Below are positions 1 to 9,068 of a stretch of 64,000 nt of DNA, in pieces. The notes beneath the pieces are model-generated. The model saw nothing but the letters and a program-made list of their open reading frames with translations. It did no database searches and was not told where the DNA came from. A program made the position numbers and the translations under genes. This DNA comes from Bacteroidales bacterium (GTDB lineage: Bacteria; Bacteroidota; Bacteroidia; Bacteroidales; WCHB1-69), in assembly GCA_024400785.1 (NCBI GenBank), contig JAKSME010000001.1:16198-80197 (forward strand), in the 5' to 3' direction. Each line of letters starts with the position of its first letter. Within the stretch, counting starts at the first letter, position 1.

Positions 1-1596
1 TGGTACTTCTCCCCTAAGAGCAACTACATCGCTTTCTACCGTATGGATCAATCCATGGTGGAAGATTATCCGCTGTTGCAAACCAGCGATGGCGAGGGTG
101 CCGCCCACATCGCTTACTTCAAGAACATCAAATATCCCATGGCCGGCCGCACCAGCCATCAAGTGAAAGTCGGCATCTTCGACGCTAAACAGTCCTTGCA
201 ACAAAAAAGAACTGTTTATCACTACATACAAACCGACCTCGCAGATGGCGAATTTTTAACCAATGTAACCTTCTCTCCCGATGAAAAATATCTGTATATC
301 ACACACTTAAATCGTGAGCAGAACCATTCCAAACTTATCCGCTACGACGTTGTAACCGGCAAAAAATTGGCAGTGTTGGTCGAAGAAACCGATGCCCGCT
401 ACGTTGAACCCCAACACCGCATTCTTTTCCTGAACAACGGCAATTTCATCTATCATAGCGACCGAGACGGTTGGAACCATCTTTACCTCTATAGCTTTGA
501 TGGTCAGTTGATTAAACAAATCACTAAGGGCAACTGGCCCGTCATCGAAGATCTGGGCATGGATGAAAAACAACAATATGTTTACTTTATGACCAACAAA
601 GACAATTCGGTTGATCAATATCTTTATGCTGTAAACATTTCCACCGGCGCACTTACCAACCTTACTCCAGCTTCCGGCACTCACACCATTACAATGTCCG
701 CCGACAAAAAATACTTTTTTGACCAATTCAGCAGTTTGCACATTCCCCTTCAATATTTTGCCGGCAGCAGCGATGGCAAAAGTTTGCGCATGTTCAAAGA
801 ATCCAAAAATCCTTTTGCCGACTGCGAACTGGGGTACGATACCATCTTTTCATTGAAAAATGCAGAAGGCATCGAACTTTATTGCAATATGATTTTCCCG
901 CCTCACTTCGATAAGAGCAAGAAATATCCTTGCTTGGTTTATGTTTACGGAGGTCCTCATTCTCAATTAGTTACAAATACTTACATGTCAGCTGGCTCCT
1001 TCTTGCATTACATGGCGCAAAAAGGTTACATCATCTTTGTTTTGGATAACAGAGGAACCAGCAACCGTGGCGCGGCATTTGAAAAATGTATCCATCGCCA
1101 GCTTGGCGTTTTGGAAAGCCAAGACCAGATGGTTGGTGTAAATTACTTACAATCATTACCTTACATCGATAAAAACAGAATGGGCATCGACGGTTGGAGC
1201 TTCGGCGGTTTCATGACACTCACCATGGTGACCGAACATCCCGACGTTTTTGCCTCCGCAACCTGCGGCGGACCCGTCGTTAACTGGGAATGGTATGAAA
1301 TTATGTATGGTGAACGCTACATGGACACACCGCAAGAGAACCCTGAAGGCTACGAACATGCCAACATCATCAACAAAATCCATAAGCTGAAATGTCCCCT
1401 TCTCATCATGCACGGACAACAAGACAATACTGTTGTTCAACAACATAGCTTAGAACTCCTCCACCAATCCGTTCTCGACGACATTCAAATCAACTACTTC
1501 CCCTACACCACACACGAACACAACGTCAGAGGACTCGACAGAGTTCAAATGTGGCACAAAATCGAACAATTCCACAACAAAAATTTGATGAAATAA
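1..1596 (+). CDS. S9-family serine peptidase, dipeptidyl-peptidase IV-like (5' end cut by window edge)
   Basis: Frame 1 is open from base 1 (WYFSPKSNYIAFYRMDQS...), so the Met at 43 is internal. The C-terminal hydrolase part has the nucleophile motif GWSFGG plus downstream Asp (HGQQDNTV) and His (HEHNV) contexts typical of S9B peptidases. Confidence 0.85.
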   Translation, partial: WYFSPKSNYIAFYRMDQSMVEDYPLLQTSDGEGAAHIAYFKNIKYPMAGRTSHQVKVGIFDAKQSLQQKRTVYHYIQTDLADGEFLTNVTFSPDEKYLYITHLNREQNHSKLIRYDVVTGKKLAVLVEETDARYVEPQHRILFLNNGNFIYHSDRDGWNHLYLYSFDGQLIKQITKGNWPVIEDLGMDEKQQYVYFMTNKDNSVDQYLYAVNISTGALTNLTPASGTHTITMSADKKYFFDQFSSLHIPLQYFAGSSDGKSLRMFKESKNPFADCELGYDTIFSLKNAEGIELYCNMIFPPHFDKSKKYPCLVYVYGGPHSQLVTNTYMSAGSFLHYMAQKGYIIFVLDNRGTSNRGAAFEKCIHRQLGVLESQDQMVGVNYLQSLPYIDKNRMGIDGWSFGGFMTLTMVTEHPDVFASATCGGPVVNWEWYEIMYGERYMDTPQENPEGYEHANIINKIHKLKCPLLIMHGQQDNTVVQQHSLELLHQSVLDDIQINYFPYTTHEHNVRGLDRVQMWHKIEQFHNKNLMK

Positions 1597-1611
1597 TCCA
1601 AACTTATCATT

Positions 1612-2508
1612 ATGAACAAAACCTCTTTCAATCGAAGCATCTGGCTGCTCAACACTATTTATCAATCTGGTACTGAGGGTATTACATTTGAAGAAATCTG
1701 CTCCCAATGGGCAAAAAGCGGAATGTCAAATGGAAAGGATTACCCCCTCCGTTCCTTTCATAACCACCGAAAGGAAATTGAAAAAACTTTCAATATCCCC
1801 ATCCTTTGTAAAAAAAGCACCAATTCCTACTACATCCGGCCCAACAGCCAGCACACCCAACTGGTTTCCAAGTTGTTGGGGCTAATTTCATTGAGCCAAG
1901 TATTGGAAAATGACAACAAAACACTGCCTTTCATTTCCGTAAATGTTCAAGCGGGTGGAGAAGGTTTCATCACTGTTGTTACCAAAGCCATTCAGGAAAA
2001 AAGGTTGGTAAAAGTGGAAATTTTTCCAATGAGCAATTCAAAATCAGTAACTTACGATTCCTTTCAACCTATGGGAATTAAAAATTACAAGGGCTGTTGG
2101 TACCTCTTAGGTGCTGATTCCAACCAAGAATTTCATTTGCTGAATCTTCAACAGGTAGCCAGCATTTCTTTGTTGGAAGAAACGTTTGAACCCGTGGAAA
2201 ATGCAACTTTGAGGGAATTATTGGTGGAAAATTACGGCAGCCGCCTGGAAAAAATTCCGACCATGGAAATCACTTTCAAAGTTCCCTCTTTGTTGGCAGA
2301 CCAACTATTGAGAAATCCTATTCACGTTTCTCAGCGCCAGATTGAGAAAAAGAACAGCTACTCCATTTTTTACCTAAATGTCAAACCTACTACAGATTTT
2401 ATCAGAGATTGGATGACTTTGGGAACTTCTGTCGAAATTCTCACACCGGAAATTTTGAAAGAGGCCGTCGTGGTTGAAGCAAAGAAAATTTCTCGGAAAA
2501 ATTCATAA
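1612..2508 (+). CDS. WYL-domain transcriptional regulator (N-terminal HTH-like region, central WYL motif)
   Basis: 298 aa. The literal CWYLLGADS motif sits in the expected central position after an N-terminal region resembling winged-HTH regulators. Size is typical of the BrxR/CapW/PafBC-type WYL family. Confidence 0.7.
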   Translation: MNKTSFNRSIWLLNTIYQSGTEGITFEEICSQWAKSGMSNGKDYPLRSFHNHRKEIEKTFNIPILCKKSTNSYYIRPNSQHTQLVSKLLGLISLSQVLENDNKTLPFISVNVQAGGEGFITVVTKAIQEKRLVKVEIFPMSNSKSVTYDSFQPMGIKNYKGCWYLLGADSNQEFHLLNLQQVASISLLEETFEPVENATLRELLVENYGSRLEKIPTMEITFKVPSLLADQLLRNPIHVSQRQIEKKNSYSIFYLNVKPTTDFIRDWMTLGTSVEILTPEILKEAVVVEAKKISRKNS

Positions 2509-2529
2509 ATATTTGAAAATTAATTAACT

Positions 2530-3750
2530 ATGAAATACAAATTAATCTGTAAAAAGTGTGGTCACGAAATTGCCTCCTTTAACGAATGGTTTAATCACAA
2601 CCAAGTTTGTCCTGCTTGTGGAAGCAATTATGTTGAAGTGCAATATACGGCCGACTATCATCAGTTGCCCGAACTTTTTAAAGGGAATCCAACCAGTTTT
2701 TGGCATTATTTCGACTTCTTACCTTTGGAAGACAAAAAGAATATTGTCACTTGTAATGAAGGTGCCATTCCGATTGAGAATTGGGATTTTTTGGAAAAAT
2801 TTGCCAAAGAAAAATATGGAATTGACTGTAAAGTAATGGTTTACAGAAATGATTTGAACGGTGGAACGAACACTTTCAAAGATGTAGCTGCTGCAATGGG
2901 AGCAGCCATTATGAAAGAAAATGGCATTAAAGAATATTGTATCGCTTCCACAGGGAATACAGCAACGGCGTTTAGTAAGTACTTAGCGCTGGCAGGTATC
3001 AAGTTGAATGTTTTCGTTCCGAACTGCGTTTGCCAAGACACCGTGGACGAAATCCGCTCATATAACCAAAATTTGGTCATTTCTACGGGTGATTACGGCG
3101 CAGCAAAGCGCGAGGCGGCTGAGTACCAAAAGAGCCACAATCTGCTAATTTCTGGCGGTAATATCGATCCTATTAGGGTGGAGGCAAAGAAGACGATGGT
3201 TTTTGAATTTTTGCGTCAGATGGGAAAGATGCCCGACGTATATGTTCAGGCGGTGAGCGGCGGTACCGGCCCCATCGCGGTGGACAAGGGCGTGCGCGAA
3301 ATCAGCACCGCTTTCCCAAATGCCAAGTTACCGAAACTTATTCTGGTTCAGCAAGATACTTGCGACCCGATGGTACAAGGTTGGGAAAAAGCGGAAAAAG
3401 ACGGTTTCCCAGAAGGTTACGAGAAGAACTTCCCCTCCATCGCCAACCCGCAGACCAAGGTATCCATCCTTTCTACTGGCACGCCGGGCATGTTCCCCAT
3501 TGTGGCACCCATCGTGCGAAAAAGCGGAGGTGGCTTCGTGAGGGTGAAAGAGGCCGAGCTGGTGGATTATGCGAAGATTGCGAAACGCGAGCGCAACGTG
3601 ATGCTCGGTCCGGCGGCGGCGGTCTGCTTTGCCGGATTCTACCAGGCCTTGGCAGAGGGGAAAATCAAAGATGGCGAGACCGTGCTGATCAACACCGGCG
3701 AGGGAGCAGCCCGTGCGAAGGACTTCGCAGCAGCCGTGGAGAAGGCGTAA
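2530..3750 (+). CDS. Threonine-synthase-like PLP-dependent enzyme with N-terminal 4-Cys zinc ribbon (possible cysteate synthase)
   Basis: 406 aa. CKKCGH...CPACGS zinc ribbon, TFKD lysine context and STGNTATAF motif of fold-type II PLP enzymes of the threonine synthase/cysteate synthase type. Confidence 0.7.
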   Translation: MKYKLICKKCGHEIASFNEWFNHNQVCPACGSNYVEVQYTADYHQLPELFKGNPTSFWHYFDFLPLEDKKNIVTCNEGAIPIENWDFLEKFAKEKYGIDCKVMVYRNDLNGGTNTFKDVAAAMGAAIMKENGIKEYCIASTGNTATAFSKYLALAGIKLNVFVPNCVCQDTVDEIRSYNQNLVISTGDYGAAKREAAEYQKSHNLLISGGNIDPIRVEAKKTMVFEFLRQMGKMPDVYVQAVSGGTGPIAVDKGVREISTAFPNAKLPKLILVQQDTCDPMVQGWEKAEKDGFPEGYEKNFPSIANPQTKVSILSTGTPGMFPIVAPIVRKSGGGFVRVKEAELVDYAKIAKRERNVMLGPAAAVCFAGFYQALAEGKIKDGETVLINTGEGAARAKDFAAAVEKA

Positions 3751-3799
3751 GAACAAATAATATTTCCATTATTTTGCGAGCACAAAATCTCTGTAACAA

Positions 3800-4456
3800 A
3801 TGAAACATTTTCTGTTTAAACATCTATGGAAAATGACAGGAATATTCTTCCTCGCTGCTCTTGCATTCAGTTGTGAAAAAGAACCCGTTGATCCTGTCAC
3901 TCCCGAACCAGGCCCTGTAGAAATTGATATTCCGGGAGCTGACAGCAATATTCTGATTATGAAAGTGGATTACCAAACCTTTCATTATGAGGGATATACC
4001 ACTGTGAATGTTGATAGTGTTAATGATTCCTCTGACACCATCCCCTTTTTGGCAACGTATTGTCCTCCTACTGATTTTGGATATATAAAATTATTCTATG
4101 AGAACCCCAGCCAGCTCCTTTTTTATGGAGGTATTTTTTGGATGGGATGCGGGAATCTCCATTTCCCAACTTCCTTCATGGAATTACCTGCTCAAACCTC
4201 TGGACTCCTCTACCCAGGAAACGACAAAATCTGCGTCATTGATTATTCTGGTGCACAACAATCGCTCCCCTGGAATTATAATCTTGTAGATGAAACCATG
4301 ATTGAAAACGTTTGGGGAACCATATCCAAGCAGCCTGAATTTCAGCATTATTATAGCAAGACCAACAAAAAAGTCGCAGTATTCTTGTACACACCAAGTG
4401 TAGGAGTTGGGAATCCCGCTGATTGGGATTTTATCATTTTTGTAGAAAAAGAATGA
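3800..4456 (+). CDS. Hypothetical lipoprotein
   Basis: 218 aa ORF with a hydrophobic signal sequence ending in the lipobox-like AFSC. No recognisable domain. Confidence 0.5.
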   Translation: MKHFLFKHLWKMTGIFFLAALAFSCEKEPVDPVTPEPGPVEIDIPGADSNILIMKVDYQTFHYEGYTTVNVDSVNDSSDTIPFLATYCPPTDFGYIKLFYENPSQLLFYGGIFWMGCGNLHFPTSFMELPAQTSGLLYPGNDKICVIDYSGAQQSLPWNYNLVDETMIENVWGTISKQPEFQHYYSKTNKKVAVFLYTPSVGVGNPADWDFIIFVEKE

Positions 4457-4466
4457 AAAATCTGTT

Positions 4467-5387
4467 ATGACTTCAGGGCGATTCAAAGAAATCACTGCCC
4501 GTTGCCAGCCGCACCCAGTATTTTCAAGCGACTGGACGCACTATTATTCTAATGATTTCGCCGACTCGCTCCTGCCTGAGGCTGGCATTGTTAAAGGGAA
4601 GCACCTCCAGTTTTACGAGGTATGGCTGCATTCTTTAGGTGAAATCCACAATTTTCGATGGAGAATGTGCAAAACCATTTCATTATTGGGGCTATTCCTG
4701 CCCATCCTTTTTTATTTAAAGTTTAGGAATTCGGATATGCAAGATTTTCTTCTTGTCTTTCTGTATTATTCAATGTTTCCTATTTTCAATACATTTATTT
4801 GGCTATTCAAAAAAAATAAAACCAAAAGAGATGTTCCTTTTTTGAGATTTATAGTCATTCTTACCACAGATTTTCTCTTCTTTCTATCCTGTACTTTCCC
4901 TTATAACCACCAACTTAAAGAGATTCTTCTCTTTATCCCAATTTCTGCAGCAACTGCTGTTATATATATATGTTGGGCAGACTCGACTGACATTGTGGCC
5001 AAAATGGCTATAACTACAAATCCTGAAAATGGATTCAAGACTGTGGTTCCCAAATTGCCTATAGAAATGAAAAGCCTCATCAAAAACAGGCAGGCCATAC
5101 CCTTTATGGATAGTGCTTTTTCACGATACTATATCTTCTTTATCCTTCTTTCTTTCATCCCGTTAATAGGTATCTGGTGTAATGGGGGGAATCTTGTTGA
5201 GCACCATTCTGCCAGTCAGCATGCACTTACTCTTATCGCGTTTGGAGTGCCTATTTTTTTTATGTGTTGGGGGATTTTCCTCATCACTCATCCGAAAGGG
5301 GTTGGTGTTAAAATTTGTACTATCATTTCATTAACTGCCCTTATTCCTTGCCTTGTCTATGCCTTGTTTACACTATTTCTTATATGA
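4467..5387 (+). CDS. Hypothetical polytopic membrane protein
   Basis: 306 aa ORF starting 11 nt after the preceding gene, with multiple long hydrophobic segments. No recognisable family. Confidence 0.5.
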   Translation: MTSGRFKEITARCQPHPVFSSDWTHYYSNDFADSLLPEAGIVKGKHLQFYEVWLHSLGEIHNFRWRMCKTISLLGLFLPILFYLKFRNSDMQDFLLVFLYYSMFPIFNTFIWLFKKNKTKRDVPFLRFIVILTTDFLFFLSCTFPYNHQLKEILLFIPISAATAVIYICWADSTDIVAKMAITTNPENGFKTVVPKLPIEMKSLIKNRQAIPFMDSAFSRYYIFFILLSFIPLIGIWCNGGNLVEHHSASQHALTLIAFGVPIFFMCWGIFLITHPKGVGVKICTIISLTALIPCLVYALFTLFLI

Positions 5388-5709
5388 AGGAATCTCTGTT
5401 GATCTATGAAAATGGTTATATCATCTCCTTATCAGAATTTTTCACTCCCATACCGTATTTTACTTTTTTGGTGACTTCTAATTAAAACTAATTGATTTTC
5501 AGGAATATATAACGTAAAATGGCACGATTTTCGTTATTATTTTTCCTGTTTTGTTAAATAAATATCAATTTAACAGAATCAATATTTTCGAGCCGATTCC
5601 AACTGCGATATGCCACTTCGCTCCAAATGTTTTATTAAAAAAATGATATAAATCTTTGATAATCAAATAATTATTTGTATATTTGCAGAATAATTTGAGC
5701 GACATTAAA

Positions 5710-6090
5710 ATGGAAAAGGCAAACCTACAAACGGACCGGAATCTGCGGATTATTTGATTTGGAAGAAAACACCGCAAAATTGTGCTCGCTCGGCAATCCT
5801 TTGGAAAAATTGTTGAAAGTGGTTGATTTCGAGATGTTTAGAGAAACCCTTGAAGCGGGGCTTTACAAAGAAAAACTGACGAATGTCGGAGCGAAACCAT
5901 ACGATTACGTGCTGATGTTCAAGATTCTCGGGCGCGGGTTGAACACGTGTTCGGCTATTGCGAGCAGAGCATGCGCGGGATGTTCAGTCGCGCCGTGGGT
6001 TTTGCGCGAAATGCCGCCAGAAACATCCTGACAAGCTTGGTTTACAATATGATGCGTTACGAGCAAATTCAAAGACTTGGAATGAATTAG
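5710..6090 (+). pseudogene. IS5-family (DUF772/DDE_Tnp_1-type) transposase remnant, frameshifted and internally deleted
   Basis: ATG at 5710 reads MEKANLQTDRNLRII*. After a frameshift the sequence continues LFDLEENTAKLCSLGNPLEKLLKVVDFEMFRETL...KPYDYVLMFKILG (N-terminal DUF772-like). Around 5935 it switches frame into VEHVFGYCEQSMRGMFSRAVGFARNAARNILTSLVYNMMRYEQIQRLGMN* (typical IS5 C-terminus). The catalytic DDE core is missing. Confidence 0.6.
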
Positions 6091-6096
6091 TTTAAT

Positions 6097-6285
6097 ATAA
6101 CACATTGATTATCAATAAATTACCCCCCTAAAATTTTTATAAAAATATTGCTAAACTGTTGGGAATGAAAAAATAGTATGTAAATTTGCAGCGTCGTTTC
6201 CTTTTGAAATTTTGTTTAACGGACTTCGCAAAATTCAGAGGGACGGTGCGAAAAGAGTAAAAATAGAAGTCCCCTTTTGATTATA
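6097..6285 (+). repeat. Repeat R1 copy a (~190 bp promoter + leader module)
   Basis: By-eye alignment to 7335-7523 shows only scattered mismatches and one 3-nt indel. Contains a TTG -33-like element, a TAAATTTG -7 box (6181-6188) and a leader hairpin. Confidence 0.85.
6181..6188 (+). promoter_or_regulatory. Bacteroidota-type -7 promoter box TAAATTTG inside repeat R1a
   Basis: Perfect TAnnTTTG, with TGTTG 19 nt upstream as a -33-like element. Conserved in copy R1b. Confidence 0.5.
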
Positions 6286-6408
6286 GGTGGCTTGCTCTTT
6301 GCGGTTACTATGGTATTAATGATAAAAAAGAGAATCCTTATTACCCATATTATAATGGAGATACAATTAACAAGCATAAATTCGGCACTGTTTTTATGAG
6401 AGAGTCTG

Positions 6409-7287
6409 ATGAATTTAACAACAGAATACCCTATGGTAAAATCAAAAAAAATCATTAACTTTAAGATATTTCTTTATACAATCTCTTTCTTATTATCCTA
6501 TTTCCTTTCTTCTTGCAACGGACCGAAAGCTGTCTCCTGTAGTAGTATTACCAATGACTGTATCATGACCCTGACAGATTCCACAGACCAACATCTTGTT
6601 TTTTTCCAATGGGTGAAAATCAACAATAGCTGCTATGAAGCAAAGTGCATCTATACCTTCATAGAGCCCAATCCCACCTTTCAATTGATTAAGGGCAAGG
6701 ACACGTTGTCTTTTGAGAGGGATGCGCTATTTATTTGCGATACGGTTGCTGATCGCAACCAAGATGGTTATGTGGATTGGATCATTCGGTCTCGCATGTC
6801 GCGCGGCAAGATGGAGGTGGTCTATTATTTTATCCCTGAAGAAAAACGACTTGACCCCATTCCTGACACGATTTTTGATGAGCCTTGGGAACAAGATTAT
6901 TTTTGGTCATTTGATACGGTGGCCTATTGTATTCCCATTGATAGCCATCGCAAAATAGAATTTACCGAATTAATAGTAATTCTTGCCGATGAGGAAAAAC
7001 GCTGCGACTCCGCATACGGGAAGCCTATATTGATTGACGGAAGGGATACCATTTCTCTTAGTTACGATGCGGAATATGAAGGTGCTCACATTATCTCGCC
7101 AGACAAACAAAAGGTGGCGTTTCTCACCCGACGTTGTTCTTGGTTGGGTAATGTATGGATAGACCGTGAGGATTGCTGCATTCTTGATTTGGAAAGCAAA
7201 GAATTTTCATTTGGTGTATGCGGCGACGGGCATTTCGACAATCACAACCGCTGGGTGTGCGATGGAGAATTGATGTGGGTATGGTAG
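6409..7287 (+). CDS. Hypothetical lipoprotein
   Basis: 292 aa ORF downstream of R1a. Hydrophobic N-terminus ending in LSSC (lipobox-like). No recognisable domain. Confidence 0.55.
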   Translation: MNLTTEYPMVKSKKIINFKIFLYTISFLLSYFLSSCNGPKAVSCSSITNDCIMTLTDSTDQHLVFFQWVKINNSCYEAKCIYTFIEPNPTFQLIKGKDTLSFERDALFICDTVADRNQDGYVDWIIRSRMSRGKMEVVYYFIPEEKRLDPIPDTIFDEPWEQDYFWSFDTVAYCIPIDSHRKIEFTELIVILADEEKRCDSAYGKPILIDGRDTISLSYDAEYEGAHIISPDKQKVAFLTRRCSWLGNVWIDREDCCILDLESKEFSFGVCGDGHFDNHNRWVCDGELMWVW

Positions 7288-7334
7288 TAATGCCCTGTTT
7301 CAAATATACAGAGATTAGGCATGATTTGATATTT

Positions 7335-7523
7335 ATAACACATTGGTTATCAATATATTACCCCACCTAAAATTTTTATAAAAATATTACTAAACTGTTG
7401 GGAATGAAAAAATAATATGTAAATTTGCAGCGTCGTTTCCTTTTGGAATTTTGTTTAACGGACTTCGCAAAATTCAAAGGTGCGGCGTGAAAACATTAAA
7501 AATGGAAGTCCCCTATTGATTAT
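7335..7523 (+). repeat. Repeat R1 copy b (~190 bp promoter + leader module)
   Basis: Direct repeat of 6097-6285. The 30 nt before it weakly resemble the end of the IS5 remnant. Confidence 0.85.
7420..7427 (+). promoter_or_regulatory. Bacteroidota-type -7 promoter box TAAATTTG inside repeat R1b
   Basis: Perfect TAnnTTTG at the same relative position as in R1a. Confidence 0.5.
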
Positions 7524-7722
7524 TTTAGTAGATAAAACTGACAATGGACATCCCCGTTTTATAATCATAGACCAAATTAAATGTAGAGAATGGGATGATT
7601 TATCGAATTTAGATACAGAATTATTAGATATAACAATTAGAAATTATGAACATGCTTGCGATATCGCAAATAGACACAATTTTGATTCTTCTATAAACCT
7701 ATGCTGCATTCAACGAAAATAA
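7480..7722 (+). CDS. Small hypothetical protein (doubtful; GTG start inside repeat R1b)
   Basis: 80-codon ORF beginning within the repeated leader and overlapping the next gene by 22 nt. No family recognised. Confidence 0.25.
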   Translation: MRRENIKNGSPLLIILVDKTDNGHPRFIIIDQIKCREWDDLSNLDTELLDITIRNYEHACDIANRHNFDSSINLCCIQRK

Positions 7723-8330
7723 TCTTCGCTTCACTAATTGTTGCATATATGGCCCTTCTGGTCTCCTGCGAGAAGAAGCCTCAAATGAAAGACCACTATT
7801 ACCACTATATTTCAAAAGAATCTGACAGCATCGTTCCTTTTCACTCCCAAGGAGACATCCAATGTCTGAAAGCGAATCTATTTATTGCAGACGAGAACCT
7901 GTACATCGGTCTTCCATACTATATTGACACTTTACAAGGCGAGAACCAGATTGTTCAGAAAAAAGTCGGCACTATACTTTTCAATCCTGTAGATTACGGC
8001 ATCAACATTGACACTGCCTCCTATCAATTTATAGTAAAGGATATGATTGCTAAGGATGAGAACCACGTATATGCCTATCCTAAAGGATTGTTTAAATTGC
8101 CTTTTATCCAAGTACTAGACCTCAACCCTGCTCACACTATTGTCCTTGACCATGAAGCGACCTATCTGCGAGATGACAGCCTCGTATATTGCTTTCCCAC
8201 CAACACCTATCTGGACGTTAAAGCAAAAGATTTTGAAGTAATATATATCCAACACGTACCATTTGGAAAATATCACAGTATACTATACTATTGGGACGAA
8301 CCACAAGAATTACCCACGACATCAGAATGA
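7701..8330 (+). CDS. DKNYY-like lipoprotein
   Basis: 209 aa. Signal sequence ending LVSC. Repeated motifs of the DKNYY type (KDENHVYAYPKG, RDDSLVYCFP), each followed by FEV/IY. Confidence 0.6.
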   Translation: MLHSTKIIFASLIVAYMALLVSCEKKPQMKDHYYHYISKESDSIVPFHSQGDIQCLKANLFIADENLYIGLPYYIDTLQGENQIVQKKVGTILFNPVDYGINIDTASYQFIVKDMIAKDENHVYAYPKGLFKLPFIQVLDLNPAHTIVLDHEATYLRDDSLVYCFPTNTYLDVKAKDFEVIYIQHVPFGKYHSILYYWDEPQELPTTSE

Positions 8331-8971
8331 AACCGCTAACATTCCCATTGTTATTCCTCGCTCTCCTGCTGTGCGTCGCCTGCAACCGACATTGCCCATG
8401 CACGCAGCAAGGCACTGGTTTCGTTTGGCATTCTGAACCCAAAGAGGCAAATGTCCTCCACATATCTATTCATCCGTCAATACTCCCCTTCTCTGGAAAA
8501 ACCCTCGAAGTGAAATATGTAAAGATGAATGGCGCTCTACATCCTGTGTCAGAGGTGGTGGATTGCAAATCTTTCATCAATATCTACGACAGCGAGGACT
8601 CTGTTGCTCGGAGAAACAACGAATATTATCGTATAAACCCTATCGTGAACTATTTCAAGGACAAAAATTACCTTTACTTTTATATAGAACAAGAAAAACC
8701 TCCTTACGACGATTTTCTGACCGTGATGGGAAAATGCGATGACTATGAGGTACTTGGAGGAGAATATTTGCGAGTGGGTGACAAAATCTACTGCGAAGGA
8801 ATTGAGGTTGTAGATGCCGATATGGCTACTTTTCATACCATAGAAGTCTTACGGAAATATAGCGAATGGCAGGCTATCTTGGGGAAAGACAAGAATCATA
8901 TCTACCTGTATGACAAGCCGATGACCAAAAGCCAATCGGAAGGTTTTTATATTTCTGACTTTCCTTATTGA
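8327..8971 (+). CDS. DKNYY-like secreted/lipoprotein
   Basis: ATG at 8327 overlaps the previous stop (ATGA). Signal peptide MKPLTFPLLFLALLLCVAC. Motifs KDKNYLYFY, GDKIYCEGIEVVDADMATFHTI and GKDKNHIYLYDKP match the DKNYY family pattern. Confidence 0.6.
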   Translation: MKPLTFPLLFLALLLCVACNRHCPCTQQGTGFVWHSEPKEANVLHISIHPSILPFSGKTLEVKYVKMNGALHPVSEVVDCKSFINIYDSEDSVARRNNEYYRINPIVNYFKDKNYLYFYIEQEKPPYDDFLTVMGKCDDYEVLGGEYLRVGDKIYCEGIEVVDADMATFHTIEVLRKYSEWQAILGKDKNHIYLYDKPMTKSQSEGFYISDFPY

Positions 8972-9068
8972 TTATTATTCCTTCGACAGAAACGTGTAAT
9001 ATTATTCGTACTTTTGCAACCAAAATTCCTAAAACAATACACTCAAATGATAAAGAATATTTTCGATT

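Noticed and set aside
6216-6455. 79-aa minus-strand ORF across repeat R1a
   Set aside because: It runs antisense through the conserved promoter and leader module, is hydrophobic low-complexity sequence, and has no counterpart at R1b.
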